Shown piece after piece: positions 40,428-55,120 of a DNA stretch of 64,000 nucleotides. The notes under the pieces were generated by a model. The model made no database searches. It saw nothing but the letters and a program-made list of their open reading frames with translations, and had not been told where the DNA came from. Both the position numbers and the translations under genes were made by a program. The DNA is from Octopus vulgaris (lineage: Eukaryota): contig OX597834.1 of the NCBI GenBank assembly GCA_951406725.2, positions 43,462,001 to 43,526,000 of the forward strand, read 5' to 3'. The first letter of the stretch is position 1, and each line of letters begins with the position of its first letter.

Positions 40428-40612
40428 TTATGCGTGCATAAAATAAGGATTATTTGCCAACACAACATTGCAGTCCTAGTTTAGGGTGAATGTTGCTGCA
40501 ATTTAGCCCCAGTAGATATATTCTCCATCTGACTATACGACAGGATCTGCGTCTTTATATTTTCGAACAAGGGCATTTAGTACTCTCAGTCAGCTCAAAA
40601 CAAGCCCTGTGT
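40428..40612 (+). mobile_element. DNA-transposon terminal segment, copy 1
   Basis: Direct repeat of 42037-42222 and homologous to the outer arm of the 30752 foldback. Confidence 0.65.
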
Positions 40613-41784
40613 ATCGCGATTTTCGGGTTATTTCCCTTCATCGGCACATAATAATTGTTCGACTAGAGGAGGCGCTGTCAAATTCCATAGAAGCGTATGA
40701 ATATAAGCGTATCTACCTCAACTACTATATTTCATCTGGATCTAAGAAGAACCCTGCTACTTCTAAACGCATGTCTTCCGAAACATCACTGACTAGTTAC
40801 TCGTTCTGAGTGGGATAGAACTGGATTGTAATCGTCTAAATTGAGCGAGCGTAGACCGAAATTATGGTCTGGCTAGTGGTTGCAACATCTAAACATATTG
40901 AGTAGAGTCCTCTGGTTGCTATGGTCAATAAATTTAGATGTCAGAAAGACACAAAAACAGGTGTTCTCGCAGAAACCTATAGGTTATGAATCCAAGACAA
41001 ATCATATAGTGCACTTCTTCCCAATTTTGAGTATATTTATGTCCTCAGGCACTGTATCTACTGATACATAGCTGTTAACTCTATTCACTTTTCACCAGTT
41101 CTTTAGACAACACTTGTATTTTCTCTGCCTAGTTTCTGCTAACTCTCCGCATCAAACAATCCTTCTAGAAACACCGACTTTTCGCAATCGTATGTATTTT
41201 GCAAAGAGAACAGAATTTGAGAGAAATGGTCGATAGTTTTTGTAGCAATCAAAGACGTGTCTCCTGGATTGGATCTTCCCACTGTATTTGTTCATGCGTC
41301 AGCGTATAAGCATTAGAATGTTTTCATGAGTGTGTATAGTTACCTGTGTAATTTTCATGCATATCTATAAGTGTATCTACACACAAATATGCATGTGCAA
41401 ATGTCTTTGTGTGTATTTTGTGTGTGTGTGTTTGAGAGAGAGAGAGAGAGAGAAAGATAGGGAGAGAAAGAGAAAGAGAAATAAAGAGAGGGAGAGAGAC
41501 AGATTGACAAACAGACAGAGGAAGAGAGAGTTGGGTTATTTGGTCACTATATCTAGATGTCGCAGCCTTCAACGAGACCAGGATTTCTGGGTCACGCTTT
41601 CTCGACATTCATTATGCTGAATATTAGATCTAATCCTCTTTCTTACATTTGGTTATTATCTAGTAATTTGCCAGCGTTGTTTCAGAAGATATTCATATAG
41701 AAGTAAGTGCGTCCTTCCTGAATCTAAACTCTAAGTCGCTGGTTCTAGTACAAGCAGCAGTGGTACTGGATTCAGTATTGATTT

Positions 41785-41965
41785 CAAATTTTAGGACAAG
41801 GTCTGCAATTTCGTAGGAGGGGATAAGTCAATTACATTGACCCCAGCATTCATCTCCTACTTATTTTATCGACCCCGGAAAAGATAAACGGCAAATCAAA
41901 CACGATGCAGTTTGAACCCAGAACGTAAGGACGGACGAAATATCGCTAAACATTTTGTCTGCCGC
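41785..41965 (-). mobile_element. SINE family A, degenerate
   Basis: TTTTATCGACCCCGGAAAAGAT..TTTGAACCCAGAACGTAAGGACGGACGAAA. Confidence 0.75.
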
Positions 41966-42036
41966 TCTGGGATGGATTTCATATTGTAATATAAACACAA
42001 ACTGGAAATGTGTGCAGAAATTAACGATAAATAATT

Positions 42037-42222
42037 TTATGCATACATAAAGTAAACATTATTTGCCAACATAATATGGCAGTCCTGGTTTAGGACGAAT
42101 GTTGCTGTAATTTAGCCCCAGAAGGCATCGTCTCCAGTTGGCTATACGACATGATCTGTGTCCTTATATTTTCGAACAAGGGCATTTAGCACCTCCACTC
42201 AGCTCAAAACAATATCTGTATT
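42037..42222 (+). mobile_element. DNA-transposon terminal segment, copy 2
   Basis: TATTTGCCAAC..TTTAGCCCCAG..CTCCAG.TGGCTATACGAC..TATATTTTCGAACAAGGGCATTTAG shared with the 40428 copy. Confidence 0.65.
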
Positions 42223-42794
42223 AGTGTTTCCAATTTGACGTCTTTAAATACAAGAATCGCGAAGGCAAAGTGTCTCAAAAATACTGGTTTCTGTGGTGTG
42301 CAATCGAACATGCCGCATCTCATCATGTTTACTCTCATTCATTGCTGTAACATGGTAATACAAATAAGAGAATTAAGAATTGATGTTGCGGGGGTCTAAA
42401 TTGAAATGATCATCGAAAGATATGTAGATATTACCAGATCAATTCGACATTCTGCTGACGGAATCAAAACATGTTGCCAACAGTTTTCAGATTGATAATA
42501 AAATAGAAGCAGGGTAGAGAAAGCGAAATAGATTTTTTTGATGAAAACCAGTCAAGTGACGAAAGTCAGACAAAAGATTCTGACATTTGCAGATCACTAC
42601 TTCGGACATGTTTTTTTATGTCATTGTACATTCTCTTATTGGTCATCTAAGAAGAAGACTTTATGTTGCAGAGAAAATTCCTGGCAGTTTGTTTTTCGTT
42701 TTTTATTTTTTTATTCCACTGGCAATTGTTGTCTATATTGGAAAATCTATTCCCCACAATGTGCGTGTCAATTGCACAAATTTACGTTGCTGAA

Positions 42795-43038
42795 TCGACA
42801 TTTAAATTCCTCTAAGCCGAGCACTTTGGGGAGGACTGCAACTGAAAGCTCTGAATACACTACACTAAATACACAGCTGCAAGCCGGAAAACTTCGTCTA
42901 AAATATCTGCGCATCATTCCGGATATTCCTCGCGATGCTTTGCAACAACAGCTTCTACAGAACATTCATCTATTATGTTTAATGTTACAAAAGCTAAAAC
43001 GACTATCTCCGAATAATACGTCACATATCGACGTGTGA
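42795..43038 (+). pseudogene. possible very old Tc1-like transposase C-terminus
   Basis: Across frameshifts HLN/IPLSRALWGGLQLK...IPRDALQ...SHID resembles DLNPLD..LWG.LK...IP...L....G.HIE. Confidence 0.3.
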
Positions 43039-43134
43039 TCTTAGATTGACATAGGATATCTTATTTCAGATATACCAAACAAACGCCTTGCCCACAAAAA
43101 CGTAAGCAAAGCATTTCTTAACTGAAAACGCAGC

Positions 43135-43419
43135 TACGAGGTGGTATATAAACATTCTCGAACTAATTATGTTTAATAAGAATAACTTATTTAGCGATGT
43201 TTTAACATCATCTCTTTCGAAATACTCACTTTGAGCAGCAATGCAGCGGTCCAAGCTCTCCCGCCACTTTTGGAATCCGGCCTTGAAGATGTTTTACTGT
43301 AAGCGAGTGGAGGACTTTCTGCGGTTCGATCTAGATCTCGACATCGGTGTTAAAACAGTAACCCTTGAGCTGATTTTCCACATTCCAGAAGAGAGGGAAG
43401 TCTGCAGGTGCTAAATCTG
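43135..43419 (-). mobile_element. mariner 3' end remnant
   Basis: TACGAGG TIR at 43135; minus strand DLAPADFPLF..QLKG.CFNT..EI...KW..LDRCIAAQSEYFERD. Confidence 0.85.
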
Positions 43420-43629
43420 CCCAATAGGGTGAATGCGTGCGTGTGTGAGCTGGAGCGATGACATCACGGGTTGGGCGGAGAAGGACTTGTGGTTGAGTAC
43501 AAGCTGCAGCATGGAATCACAGCATGATTCGAAGACTGGGGCTCCTGACCGTGCAGCAGAACCTTGAGGTTGAGCACCTTTATTTCTTAGAAGTGGAGGT
43601 ATACCTACATGTGCACGCACATAACTCTG

Positions 43630-43700
43630 CGTGTCTGTGTGTGTGTTTGTGTGTATGCGTTTTCATATGTGTGCGAGCAGGCACATAGATCTATCTATCA

Positions 43701-43770
<70 letters not shown>

Positions 43771-43894
43771 GTGTCTGTGTATATATATATATCTCTCTAT
43801 CTATCTCTATTTATATATCTATCTATCTCCATGTGTGTATACATACATGCACACATACAAGCATACATTTAGACAGACAGATATAGAGACGGAC

Positions 43895-43959
<65 letters not shown>

Positions 43960-44248
43960 CGTATGCATGTGTGTGAGTGAGTGAGTGAGTGTGTGTGTGT
44001 GTGTATGTGTGTGTGAGTGTATGTGCGTGTGTGCGCGCGTACCAGGAAGGAGAGAAAGAGAGACAGAGTGATAAAGAATGTTGGAAGGTCATATGAATAA
44101 CTCCACGGTATAATGAGGAGAGAAAGAACCAGACGGATAGAGCGAACGAAGGGGAGAGAAAAAAATAGGGAGAATAGGAAACGCGAAAGAACGAGGGAGG
44201 GAAACATAACGAGAGATGGGAAATACTGATAACGAGCGAAGAAAAAAA

Positions 44249-44305
<57 letters not shown>
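43630..44305. repeat. (TG)n/(TCTA)n/(GATA)n/(GA)n compound repeat
   Basis: Direct inspection. Confidence 0.9.
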
Positions 44306-44788
44306 CAGCTTATCATATAAGGAATATGGCGGATACATAGAAGGATTTATAGAGAGACGCAAGGGGAGGGAATTCAGATCAAAGTCTCCTGATTATCAGA
44401 ACAGTTTGAAAATCTTCCTCCCTCATCGCTTCTTTCTCTCCCAATTACGTCCTACGTTTTTCTCTCCTGCAACGTAACTTTTACCCCGCTTTTCGAGCTT
44501 CGTTTCTGTTCCTCTTTCGCTTAGTTTTACCTGCTCCCTTTCAAATTTACTCTTATTTTCTCTTTCTTTCCCACCACCACAATTCCTCGACATGCTGTCA
44601 TTACCAGTGCGGACCAATCCCAAAATTCTTTATCCCTATTCATCGTCGTTTTAATTGAAAATTTCGTTCAAGTCAGTTCCTCTTTAATCCGTTTCCTTCT
44701 GTTTATAATGAGGCGATATATTATTTTTTTTCTCGTTTTCTTCTCGGTGTTTTCTGTTTTCCGTGTCTTGTTGATAGACAAGCAAATG

Positions 44789-45158
44789 CCGTGGCACTCC
44801 GTCGGTTGCGACGACGAGGGTTCCAGTTGATCCGATCAACGAAAACGCCTGATCGTGAAATTAACGTGCAAGTGGCTGAGGCCTACCCATGATGTACTTC
44901 TCGGGGAGACTCAGTGTGTCACAGAGTATGACAAGGCTGGCCCTTTGAAATAAGGGTACAACAGAAAAAGGTAGAAAGAGTAAGAGAAAGTTGGGCTGAA
45001 AGTGTACAGCAGGGTTCGCTACCACTCCTTGCCGAAGCCTTGTGGAGCTGTAGGTGTTTTCGCACAATAAACACTCACAACGCCCGGTCTGGAAATCGAA
45101 ACCGCGATCCTGCGACTTCGAGTCCACTGCCCTAACCACTGGGCCATTGCGCCTCCAT
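44789..45158 (-). mobile_element. chimeric SINE: family C head/body + family D tail, with TSD
   Basis: Head and body match 20963-21275 as far as about 44960, then the D-type tail; TSD ACAAGCAAATG (44778-44788) / ACAAGCACATG (45159-45169). Confidence 0.8.
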
Positions 45159-45187
45159 ACAAGCACATGTATTCGTGTGCGTGTATT

Positions 45188-45461
45188 CTTTTATTCTTCT
45201 ATTCTTTCACTTGTTTCAGTCATATGAATGCAGCCATGCTGGAGCATCGCCTCGAAGGGTTTTAGACGAACAAATCGACCCCAGGACTTCTTTTTATACC
45301 TAGTATTCATTCTATCGCTTTGTTGATGGAGACGTAAACATACCAATACCGGTTGTCAAGCGTTTATGCGGGGAAAAAATACACACACATACAGACATAT
45401 ATGACGGGTTTCTTTCAGTTTCTATCTACCAAATCCACTCACAAGGCTTTAGTCGGCCCGA
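45188..45461 (-). mobile_element. SINE family B, 5'-truncated
   Basis: TGTTTCAGTCAT..GCCATGCTGGAGCA..ACCAAATCCACTCACAAGGCTTT. Confidence 0.8.
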
Positions 45462-45727
45462 GTCATGTTGTGGCTACATCTGTTTTAGATTGATGGTGTT
45501 GTTGTTGTAGGTTTAGCACCACATTCCGTACTGATTGAGGAAATTAATGACTGCAAGACATGACCATCCCCTCAAATTAGAACCAGTGAGAAATATGGGC
45601 TCTAATATGACTTTAATTTTCTAAACAGTAAAGTGTAATTTGAGGAAATGTCTGCTATTATTTCTAGTAAATCGGGCAGACACTTAAATACTCTGTTATC
45701 CTCCCTCCTCTCCTCTCACTCATTGTC

Positions 45728-45729
<2 letters not shown>

Positions 45730-45819
<90 letters not shown>

Positions 45820-46057
45820 GTAGCCGAAATTGCTAGGATGATCCGGTTTCTGACTGAAGATTGAAGGCTTTTGTATTTTTCTATATAATATATATATATA
45901 TGTATATATATATGTCTATCTATCTGTCTGCCTGTCTGACTGACTGACTGGCTGGCTGGCTGGCTGGGCTGGCAGGCTACCTCCTGGTCTAACTATCTAG
46001 CTAGCTGCCTAACTAACAGTCTTTCTGTTTGTCTATCTACCGATCTACATACCTAAC

Positions 46058-46106
<49 letters not shown>

Positions 46107-46865
46107 TTATCTATCTATCAACATATCTATCAATCAGTCTATTGATTAATCTGTTTATATATCCGTCTATGTATCTATCAATCTCTCTTTCTCTCTCTCT
46201 CTCTTTCTCTCTCTCTCCCTATCTATCTCTCTGTCTATTTATCTATCTACCTATTTTCTTTCTGTCTATCTGTTTATCTTCGCTGTTATTTCTTTTCTGT
46301 CACCCTGCTCCACTCCCCACCGTTGTGATTTTCTTAAACTTTCAGGTTGTGTGGAATACTCAGCCAGTTATTTTAAGGCAATAATTAGGTAAATCAGCAG
46401 CTCGAACGCTGACATCCAACATGTTGAAAAACCAGAAGAAGATCGTCTTACATTTTACGTCATATTTCAAAATGGAGAACCTTGACAGAACGCTGACTGG
46501 CAAAGAATCGCGTCTCCGCAGTCGTTCGTTGCAGAAGCGATTTCGAATTTCTCGGATTTAGATAGAGTTACAAAGACTTAATTAGATATTTTTGGAAGTC
46601 TATTACTGCAATAAGGAAACACGCTTGCAGAACAATACTTCCGTTATTCGTGTTACGCAACTCTCCACATGTCTTTTAATCTTTAAATATTTTATTTATC
46701 ATTTTTATTTTATTTAGATTTTATGTTATTTTTTATTTATTTTTACTTCAATGTCTTCTGATAACTTCCCACTTTTCTCTCTTTTTCTCTCTCCCTGTCT
46801 CTCTTTATATCTATATATTTCTATTTATACCTCTTTCTGTCTTTCTCTCTCTCTCTCTCTCCGCT

Positions 46866-46913
<48 letters not shown>

Positions 46914-46967
46914 GAGAGAGAGAGAGAGAGAGAGAGATAATAGACATATACCTAGATAGATAGATAG

Positions 46968-47040
<73 letters not shown>

Positions 47041-47060
47041 TGAGAGAGAGAGAGAAAGAA
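45730..47060. repeat. microsatellite clusters (TCTA, TA, CTGG, CT, GATA, GA) around a unique island at about 46300-46680
   Basis: Direct inspection. Confidence 0.8.
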
Positions 47061-47467
47061 AGAACTGTGAGTCTAGAAGGATCAAGAAAGCAATGGCGTA
47101 GCCGAATATATCTTCTCCAAGTGGCTGCTAAACCTGAAAGAAGTAACAGCTAAACTTTCCTCGAATGGAAACAGATCCTTTCAGCAAAGAGAATACACAT
47201 CGCCTAATTGAATCCTACGCGTAGCGAAAGAAACTGGAATGCCATGGCCGGAGTGACTTATGCATGACTAAAATTTAACCAGGTCTGAATATCAACGGAA
47301 ACTTTATCAAATTCTTGAAGGTTTAAAAACAGGCAGTGTGGTTTAAAGCGGGGTGTATGACTTCAGCAATTCGAGTCATAACTGCGTACCACAAGATATT
47401 TCCAATGTTCATTTTTTGCCAGTTTTACTACTGCGATATATATGAATCGGTATATACATACATAGAA

Positions 47468-47580
47468 GGCGGCGAGCTGGCAGAAACGTTCGCACGCCGG
47501 GCGACATGCTTAGCGACTTTTTGTCCGTCTTTATTTTCTGAATTCAAATTCCGCTGACGTCGACTTTACCTTTACTTTTA
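47468..47580 (+). mobile_element. SINE family A 5' half
   Basis: GGCGGCGAGCTGGCAGAAACGTTCGCACGCCGGGCG. Confidence 0.8.
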
Positions 47581-48299
47581 TTAATAAGAAGAGCAACCGT
47601 CCGTAGTTGGAGAAGCAGCTAGAAATAGCAAACAAATCTTCTTTAAAACATACTCTTCGCATACATGAGACGGGCACGGATTGGAGGATCAGAGAATGAA
47701 TACATTCGGCTCTTTGTCACCTTCTCTCTTGTCCTCTTACAGTCACTTTTTCTGTAACACATATACTCTATCGCGATCTCTCTCTCATGTAAAGAACACG
47801 CAGGGAAGCATTGAGAGAGAAGCAGAATAAATACACCATCTGAGAGTAATTCATTCGCCAGAGATACAAGGAACAGGAACTGAGTGGGTCGAACGATTTA
47901 ACGCTTTTATAGGTATCATAGGCGAACATATGTAGTCTGTAATAGTGTGACCAGATCGCTAATCCCATATCCCACATTTAATGTGGTACATACTCGAAAG
48001 AAACACGCATCTACAGTTGCTGCAGATGTTTTAGTTAGCTACGAGTGGCGGTGATGAAGTTGAGAATGATAATGACGACGATAATGGGGATGAAGAGGAT
48101 GCTGCCGATGACAATCATGATGAGCAGAGTAATGACAAGGAAGGGGATTTACGATGCTGTTAGGTGGGATGATGTTACCACTAACGATAAATCCGCGAAA
48201 TTGTAAGCACTCAAATTAGTCTAACATCTTATACGATTGCCACATGTTGTAAGATGTAAGTTTACGTGTATATATAATTACACCCATTTTACGTATGTC

Positions 48300-48334
48300 C
48301 TTGTGTGTATGTGGATGTGTATGTCTGCATGTAA

Positions 48335-48365
<31 letters not shown>

Positions 48366-48574
48366 CATGTATGTATGTATGTATGTATGTATGTGTATGC
48401 TTGCTTTTGTATGGGTTTCAAATAATTAGAAGGCGGAATTTAGCTTTGTGGTAGCCAATTTACTTCGCAAATTGCAAAAGTTTCCAGTCATGGGTGACTC
48501 CTGTTGGGCGTAATTAATGCTTTCTCTCAGTATATATACATACGTATACATACATACGTATACATACATACATG

Positions 48575-48632
<58 letters not shown>

Positions 48633-48651
48633 AATATGTATATATATATAT

Positions 48652-48730
<79 letters not shown>

Positions 48731-48801
48731 CACGCATGTATAAATACACACACGCATGTATATGCACACACAAACACACTCACACAAACACACACACACA
48801 G

Positions 48802-48877
<76 letters not shown>

Positions 48878-49168
48878 ATATGCGGTAGATTCTAGTTTTC
48901 ATCTTTTGCTTGAATTTTCTCTACCCCTTTCCCGCCACCTCCTTTTTAATTTCGTATGTTCGTTTGTTTTTTTGTTTTGCTGTGTAAATTTCTTTAAATT
49001 CCATTTCTTGAGAAGTCATCTATTTGGGTGATTTCCGGTTGCTTTTTCATAATAATTATTTCTTTCAAACGAAAAGGAAAATAGCCTACCTTTCCGTTAC
49101 CACTGACTCTTTTCAGTCGTTTATAATTTTAATAAGCATGCTACTTTTCTTTCTTTATATATACATAC

Positions 49169-49240
<72 letters not shown>
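48300..49240. repeat. (TATG)n/(TA)n/(CA)n blocks
   Basis: Direct inspection. Confidence 0.85.
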
Positions 49241-49242
<2 letters not shown>

Positions 49243-49751
49243 GTGTTTTTTCTCTCATAATTATCCTTCTCATTAACTCGCTGTTAGTGTTGTACGTAGT
49301 GTGTTTCGTTGAGGCCTTGCGAATTGTAAATATAATAGGCTTACTTTCTTTGTGAATGTTCCTTATGATTAGAAGAAGTCTTTATTTATTTTCCATATAT
49401 GAAGATGAAGTAGCTAAAAGGTAATGGGTTCCCAGGTAAAATGATTTATAGAAGTTGAATTCCAGGTACGTTATGGCCTTGTAACGAAACACAGGACAAT
49501 TCATATCGAACATATATATATATATCAAAAATAGACAAATGCATTCAAGCGTCATCTATTCTTCCTGTCTTGTGTATATTGCACCTTCGTTTCTGAAAAG
49601 TATAAAGGGTGATGTGACTGGCGGAAGAATTGGCTGCTATCTTTAAAAGAACGAGCATTCACAGGGTAATCTTTTGTCGGTACTTATCAAGTCGTTGTGA
49701 CATCTGTCTCTCTTTTCCCCTTTCTCTCTCTCCTCCTTTCTCTCTCTCTCC

Positions 49752-49786
<35 letters not shown>

Positions 49787-49788
<2 letters not shown>

Positions 49789-50018
49789 CGGTGTGGTTGT
49801 GTGCTATGAATCTTGCCTCCCAACCTTGGGTATCTATCTATTGCTATAGCAACAGGCAGACCAAAGATTTGTGAGTGGATATTGTAAGACAGAAACTGAA
49901 GGCGCGTGGCTTAGTGGTTAGGGCATTCGGCTCCCGAATGTCGACCTCGGCAGAATTTGAACTCAGAACGTAGCAACGGGCGAAATGCTGCTAACGATTC
50001 CGCCAATTCGCCGTCTTA
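49787..50018. mobile_element. patchwork of SINE fragments (B head +, D head +, A fragment -)
   Basis: GGCGGTGTGGTTGTGTG; GGCGCGTGGCTTAGTGGTTAGGGCATTCGGC; GTCGACCTCGGCAGAATTTGAACTCAG. Confidence 0.65.
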
Positions 50019-50588
50019 TGACTTAGTTAAGTATAATAGATTGTTAATTATTTGTAAAAGACGTTTATCACAATTCGAACACGGTTACCGATATATGATG
50101 TTGCGTCATGTATGAATTATTAAATTATTGAATAACAATGAAACTGACCGGTTCGATTACAATGTGAAGCTGTTTGAAGGGTCCTGACTAACCCTGAATT
50201 TAAACACAAATGAGGCTGACTCCATGCGAAAATGACATTCGGCAAATCTTTTTATTCTACATCATACACTTGATTTACAGACTGTTTGTTAAACACCAGG
50301 TATTAAAGATATAACTGCAGTTCAGTGTTACATGCTCAATGCGCGGATTAAAAGATTAAAAGATTGAAATTCTGTACAGATCCTATGCAATTTTCAGTCA
50401 ATGAATGTGTCAGGGAGAAGAAGTGTATGAGACAATATTTTAGAAGATTAGAGAGAATTATTTAACATCGGTTGATGTTTAAATCTATGAAAGCAAATTT
50501 CTTTAGGTTTCCTTAATGTCATGAAACCAAGCATTCAACGTCCCTCAAGTGTATCGCTCGGATAGTTACACTTGTTGCTGTACCAGTG

Positions 50589-50982
50589 AAGGCGCATGGG
50601 TCAGTGGTTAGAGCGTTGGGCTCTCAATCATGAGACGGTAAGTTCGATTCCCGGACCGGGATGACTCTCATGTTTTTAAACAAGTCCCTTTATTTCACGT
50701 TGCTGCGCTTCACTCAACTGTAGAAATGTGTTGCGAAGTCACTGGTGCCAAGCAGTATCAGCCTTTGCCTATCCTATAATCTTTTACTTGTTTCAGTCGT
50801 TTGATTGCGGCCATGCTGGAGCACCGCCTTTAGTCGAGCAAATCGACCACATGACTTATTCTTTGTAAGCCTAGTACATATTCTATGGTCCCATTGCCGG
50901 ACCGCTAAGTTACAGGGATGTAAATACACCAGCATCGGTTGTCAAGCGATGTTGAGGGACAAACACAGACACACAAACATAT

Positions 50983-51035
<53 letters not shown>

Positions 51036-51325
51036 CGAAGGGCTTCTTTCATTTTCTGTCTACCAAATCCACTCACAAGGCTTTGGTAAGCCTGAGGCTA
51101 TAGTAGAAGACACTCGCTCAAGTTGCCACGCAGTGGAACTGAACCCGGAACCAATTGGTTGGTAAGCAAGCTACTTAAAACACAGACACTCCTGCGGCTA
51201 TGGATAACATCAGTGGTGTGGATACGGAGGCTGGTACTCATGGACGGCATTCTGGTTTACCATAAACAACTTTGCTTGGACTAGTGCTTCGTGGGACAAG
51301 CTCATGGTCCTTCGTGACCCTTGAG
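50589..51325 (+). mobile_element. family D-type SINE interrupted by a family B insertion
   Basis: tRNA head GGCGCATGGGTCAGTGGTTAGAGCG..GTTCGATTCCCGG at 50591; appears to resume at about 51201 after the B copy. Confidence 0.65.
50779..51198 (-). mobile_element. SINE family B, full length, nested
   Basis: Tail CTTTTACTTGTTTCAGTC through head ACACTCCTGCG, with internal (CA)(TA) tract. Confidence 0.88.
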
Positions 51326-51649
51326 AGTCAAATCTGCCAAGGAGAAGAGGATGGACGAAGTGAATCAGAGAAACAGAACCAGGTAGTAAGAGTCAACGAA
51401 TGACTTCTGAAAGAATAAGTGGAAAAAAAAACACAAAGGCTTGTGAGAAATTGTGTAGAACGATCTGGCTGAAAAAAAGTGATTGAATGTTTATGGAGTG
51501 GGGTGCAGTTGAAAACCACTTGGGCATAGGTCTGGGTTTCAATAAACTTCTCCAGGTTCACTGGATGAGGATGTTTGTTATTATAGGATACAATACTAAC
51601 GATGTGCGCCAATGTATACTTAACACATACACACATACTTGTATATTGT

Positions 51650-52645
<996 letters not shown>

Positions 52646-52749
52646 ACATACCTCTATGTATGAGCATGGTGTGATTATGTGTGTATAAGTGTGTACTCAA
52701 TATCTCTAATTAAGTCTATTCATTTATCTAAAACGAACCTTGAATGTTT

Positions 52750-52945
52750 CACTTCGCTGGGGTCGCCCGCAAATTTTATGTGAATTAATATGGACAGAGC
52801 ATGCTGGGGGACAGAGGCTGCGGTGCAACGGATTTCAAGTACGATCAGACGACAGGTTGAGAGCGACATCCAGAATCTTGCCGTTGTGTAGGGCCTCGAG
52901 ATACGTATCTGCGTCGACGGACGCTGAATGGAAGAATGAAATCAT
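52750..52945 (+). pseudogene. possible RTE LINE ORF2 C-terminal remnant
   Basis: LRW..RPQILCEL....GGQRLR.N......L..C......S.TDAEW resembles RTE LRW...GGQ.KR.KD...A.DR..W. Confidence 0.4.
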
Positions 52946-52996
52946 GAGCTCTTCCATAGCAAATTTGTCTAAATGTTTGTGTCTGTATTTTTATGT

Positions 52997-53370
52997 AGGT
53001 ATGGTATTGGGTTCACTCCCACTGCGTGGCTCCTTGGGCATGTGTCTTCTACTATAGCCTCAGGTTGACCAAAGCCTTGTGAGTGGATTTAGTAGACGGA
53101 AACTGAAAGAAGCCTGTCGTATATACGTATATGTATATGTATGTTTGCGTGTGTATATTTTTGTCTCTGTGTTTGTCCCTCCACCATAGCTTGACAATGA
53201 TGTTGGTGTGTTTACGTCCCCGTAACATAGCGGTTCGATGAAAGAGACCGGTAAAATAAGTACTAGGCTTACAAAGAATAAGTCCTGGGGACGATATCCT
53301 CGTCTAAAAGCGGTGCTCCAGCATGGCCACAGTCAAATGACTGAAACAAGCAAAAGAGTAAAAGAGAGTA
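52997..53370 (+). mobile_element. SINE family B, near full length
   Basis: CCCACTGCGTGGCTCCTTGGGCATGTGTCTTCTACTATAGCC...TGACTGAAACAAGCAAAAGAG. Confidence 0.88.
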
Positions 53371-53519
53371 TATATGTATGTATGTATGCATGTATGTATG
53401 TATTTTTCTATGTATATATACGTAGAATAGATAAGAGAAGTAAGGTGAGAGAATAAATGCTTATTCCATCCGTTTACAGCTGTTTCATAATCATAGTTAC
53501 ATAATTGATATACTTATAA

Positions 53520-53625
53520 ATATATATATATATATGTACAGCTATAGTTACAAGCGCGCTACGCGTGCATGTATGTACACACACACATGTATATATATAT
53601 ATGTATACATGCATATATGTATGTA

Positions 53626-53688
<63 letters not shown>

Positions 53689-54745
53689 ATATTTGTATAT
53701 ATGCATTTATATATGCATATATATATAATGTATATATATATTATCTATTTTGATATGCATGTACATGTATATATATATATATATATATATACATATATAT
53801 TTATATACACAGGTATGTATGTATATGAGTGTATAAAATCATAGAGCTTTTTCTGTCACTACCTCTCTTTCTCACTGAGTCCTTTCCCCCTATAGATTTG
53901 GTTTATTCTTTCTTTTACTGCCGTATAAACTCGGTCATTTGAAATGTAGGTGTTCTGACCCTGTGAAGAAACCTTTTGGTAGCGTGTTACAATATAAGAA
54001 CCACTATTCTTTCATCTGCAGTTCCGGTACCCTATCGATTCAATTCGACCACGCCATTTATCTGCGATTCAACCTGCTACAATACCTAACACACTACACA
54101 CACAATGTACGCCATTTAAGGCTAATGATCTCTATGTTGAACGAAATCTGCGCAGATCAAATCTATGCGGTGATCTCTTACAGTTGGGAAAACAGACTTA
54201 CGCACACACAAAACGGCGAATGCAGAGCTAGACAAGCCTTTGGTAATGTTGTCACAAATAGCAGAACGTAGTGCTGAGAAAGAAATAAAGAATCCAAGGA
54301 AGAATTTTACCGAACGAAATAGTTCTATGAAGGCAACTGTGGATAAATAGATGTTATGTGAAGAAGAAGAAGAAAAAACAAAAAAACTTTGGTATGAAAG
54401 ATCACTAATAAAGTTCGTTAAACAGTATTCAAGAAGAATTTGATTAATTGTAAGGATAAAAATCTTCACAAGAAAGGATTCATTTTTGGTTTGTACTGTT
54501 CAACAAATCCTCTTAATCAGCTGTTGAAAACTGCATAAACTAATTACTAGACATTATGAAACACTAATTATAACATTTATTATCGTGTATTGAACAAAGT
54601 AAGGCAGGATGCTCTCCACACAAACGACACAGAGGAGGATAACAAAATGCTCAATCTACACACATATACTTACACACACACACACACATTTCTGCGTATA
54701 CATACATACATGCATACATACATACATATATACATATATATATAC

Positions 54746-54802
<57 letters not shown>

Positions 54803-55120
54803 TATATATATACATATATATATATGTATGTATATATATATATATATATATACACTCATGTTTGTATCTGTATAGATACATGTATCTATATAAACATATA
54901 TATGAGCATATATTTCCTTACATGTTATGCATATATACAGATATATATATATATATATATAAAGATTTTATTCATTAGTTGTGAATGTATGTGTGTGTGT
55001 GTATGTGTGTGTGTGTGTTCATGTAGTGTGTGTGTGTATGTGTGTGTGTGCTCGCATGTGTTTGGGCATATAGGTGTTTGTGCTTGTGCTTCGGTTGTGT
55101 GTGTGTTTATGTGTGTTTCT
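53520..55120. repeat. (TA)n/(CA)n/(TG)n blocks flanking a unique island (about 53850-54650)
   Basis: Direct inspection. Confidence 0.75.

Noticed and set aside
42538-43038. 166-aa ORF as a host gene
   Set aside because: No recognisable domain; its only resemblance is a frameshifted Tc1-like C-terminus
33790-43419. One mariner split by a 9-kb insertion
   Set aside because: Both pieces are on the minus strand, but the C-terminal piece lies upstream of the N-terminal piece, so they are separate copies
46347-46388. 42-nt micro-exon (TTTCAG ... AG|GTAAAT); similar 36-nt minus-strand candidate near 16241-16276
   Set aside because: Such splice-like pairs are expected by chance in 64 kb of AT-rich DNA and the peptides are unrecognisable
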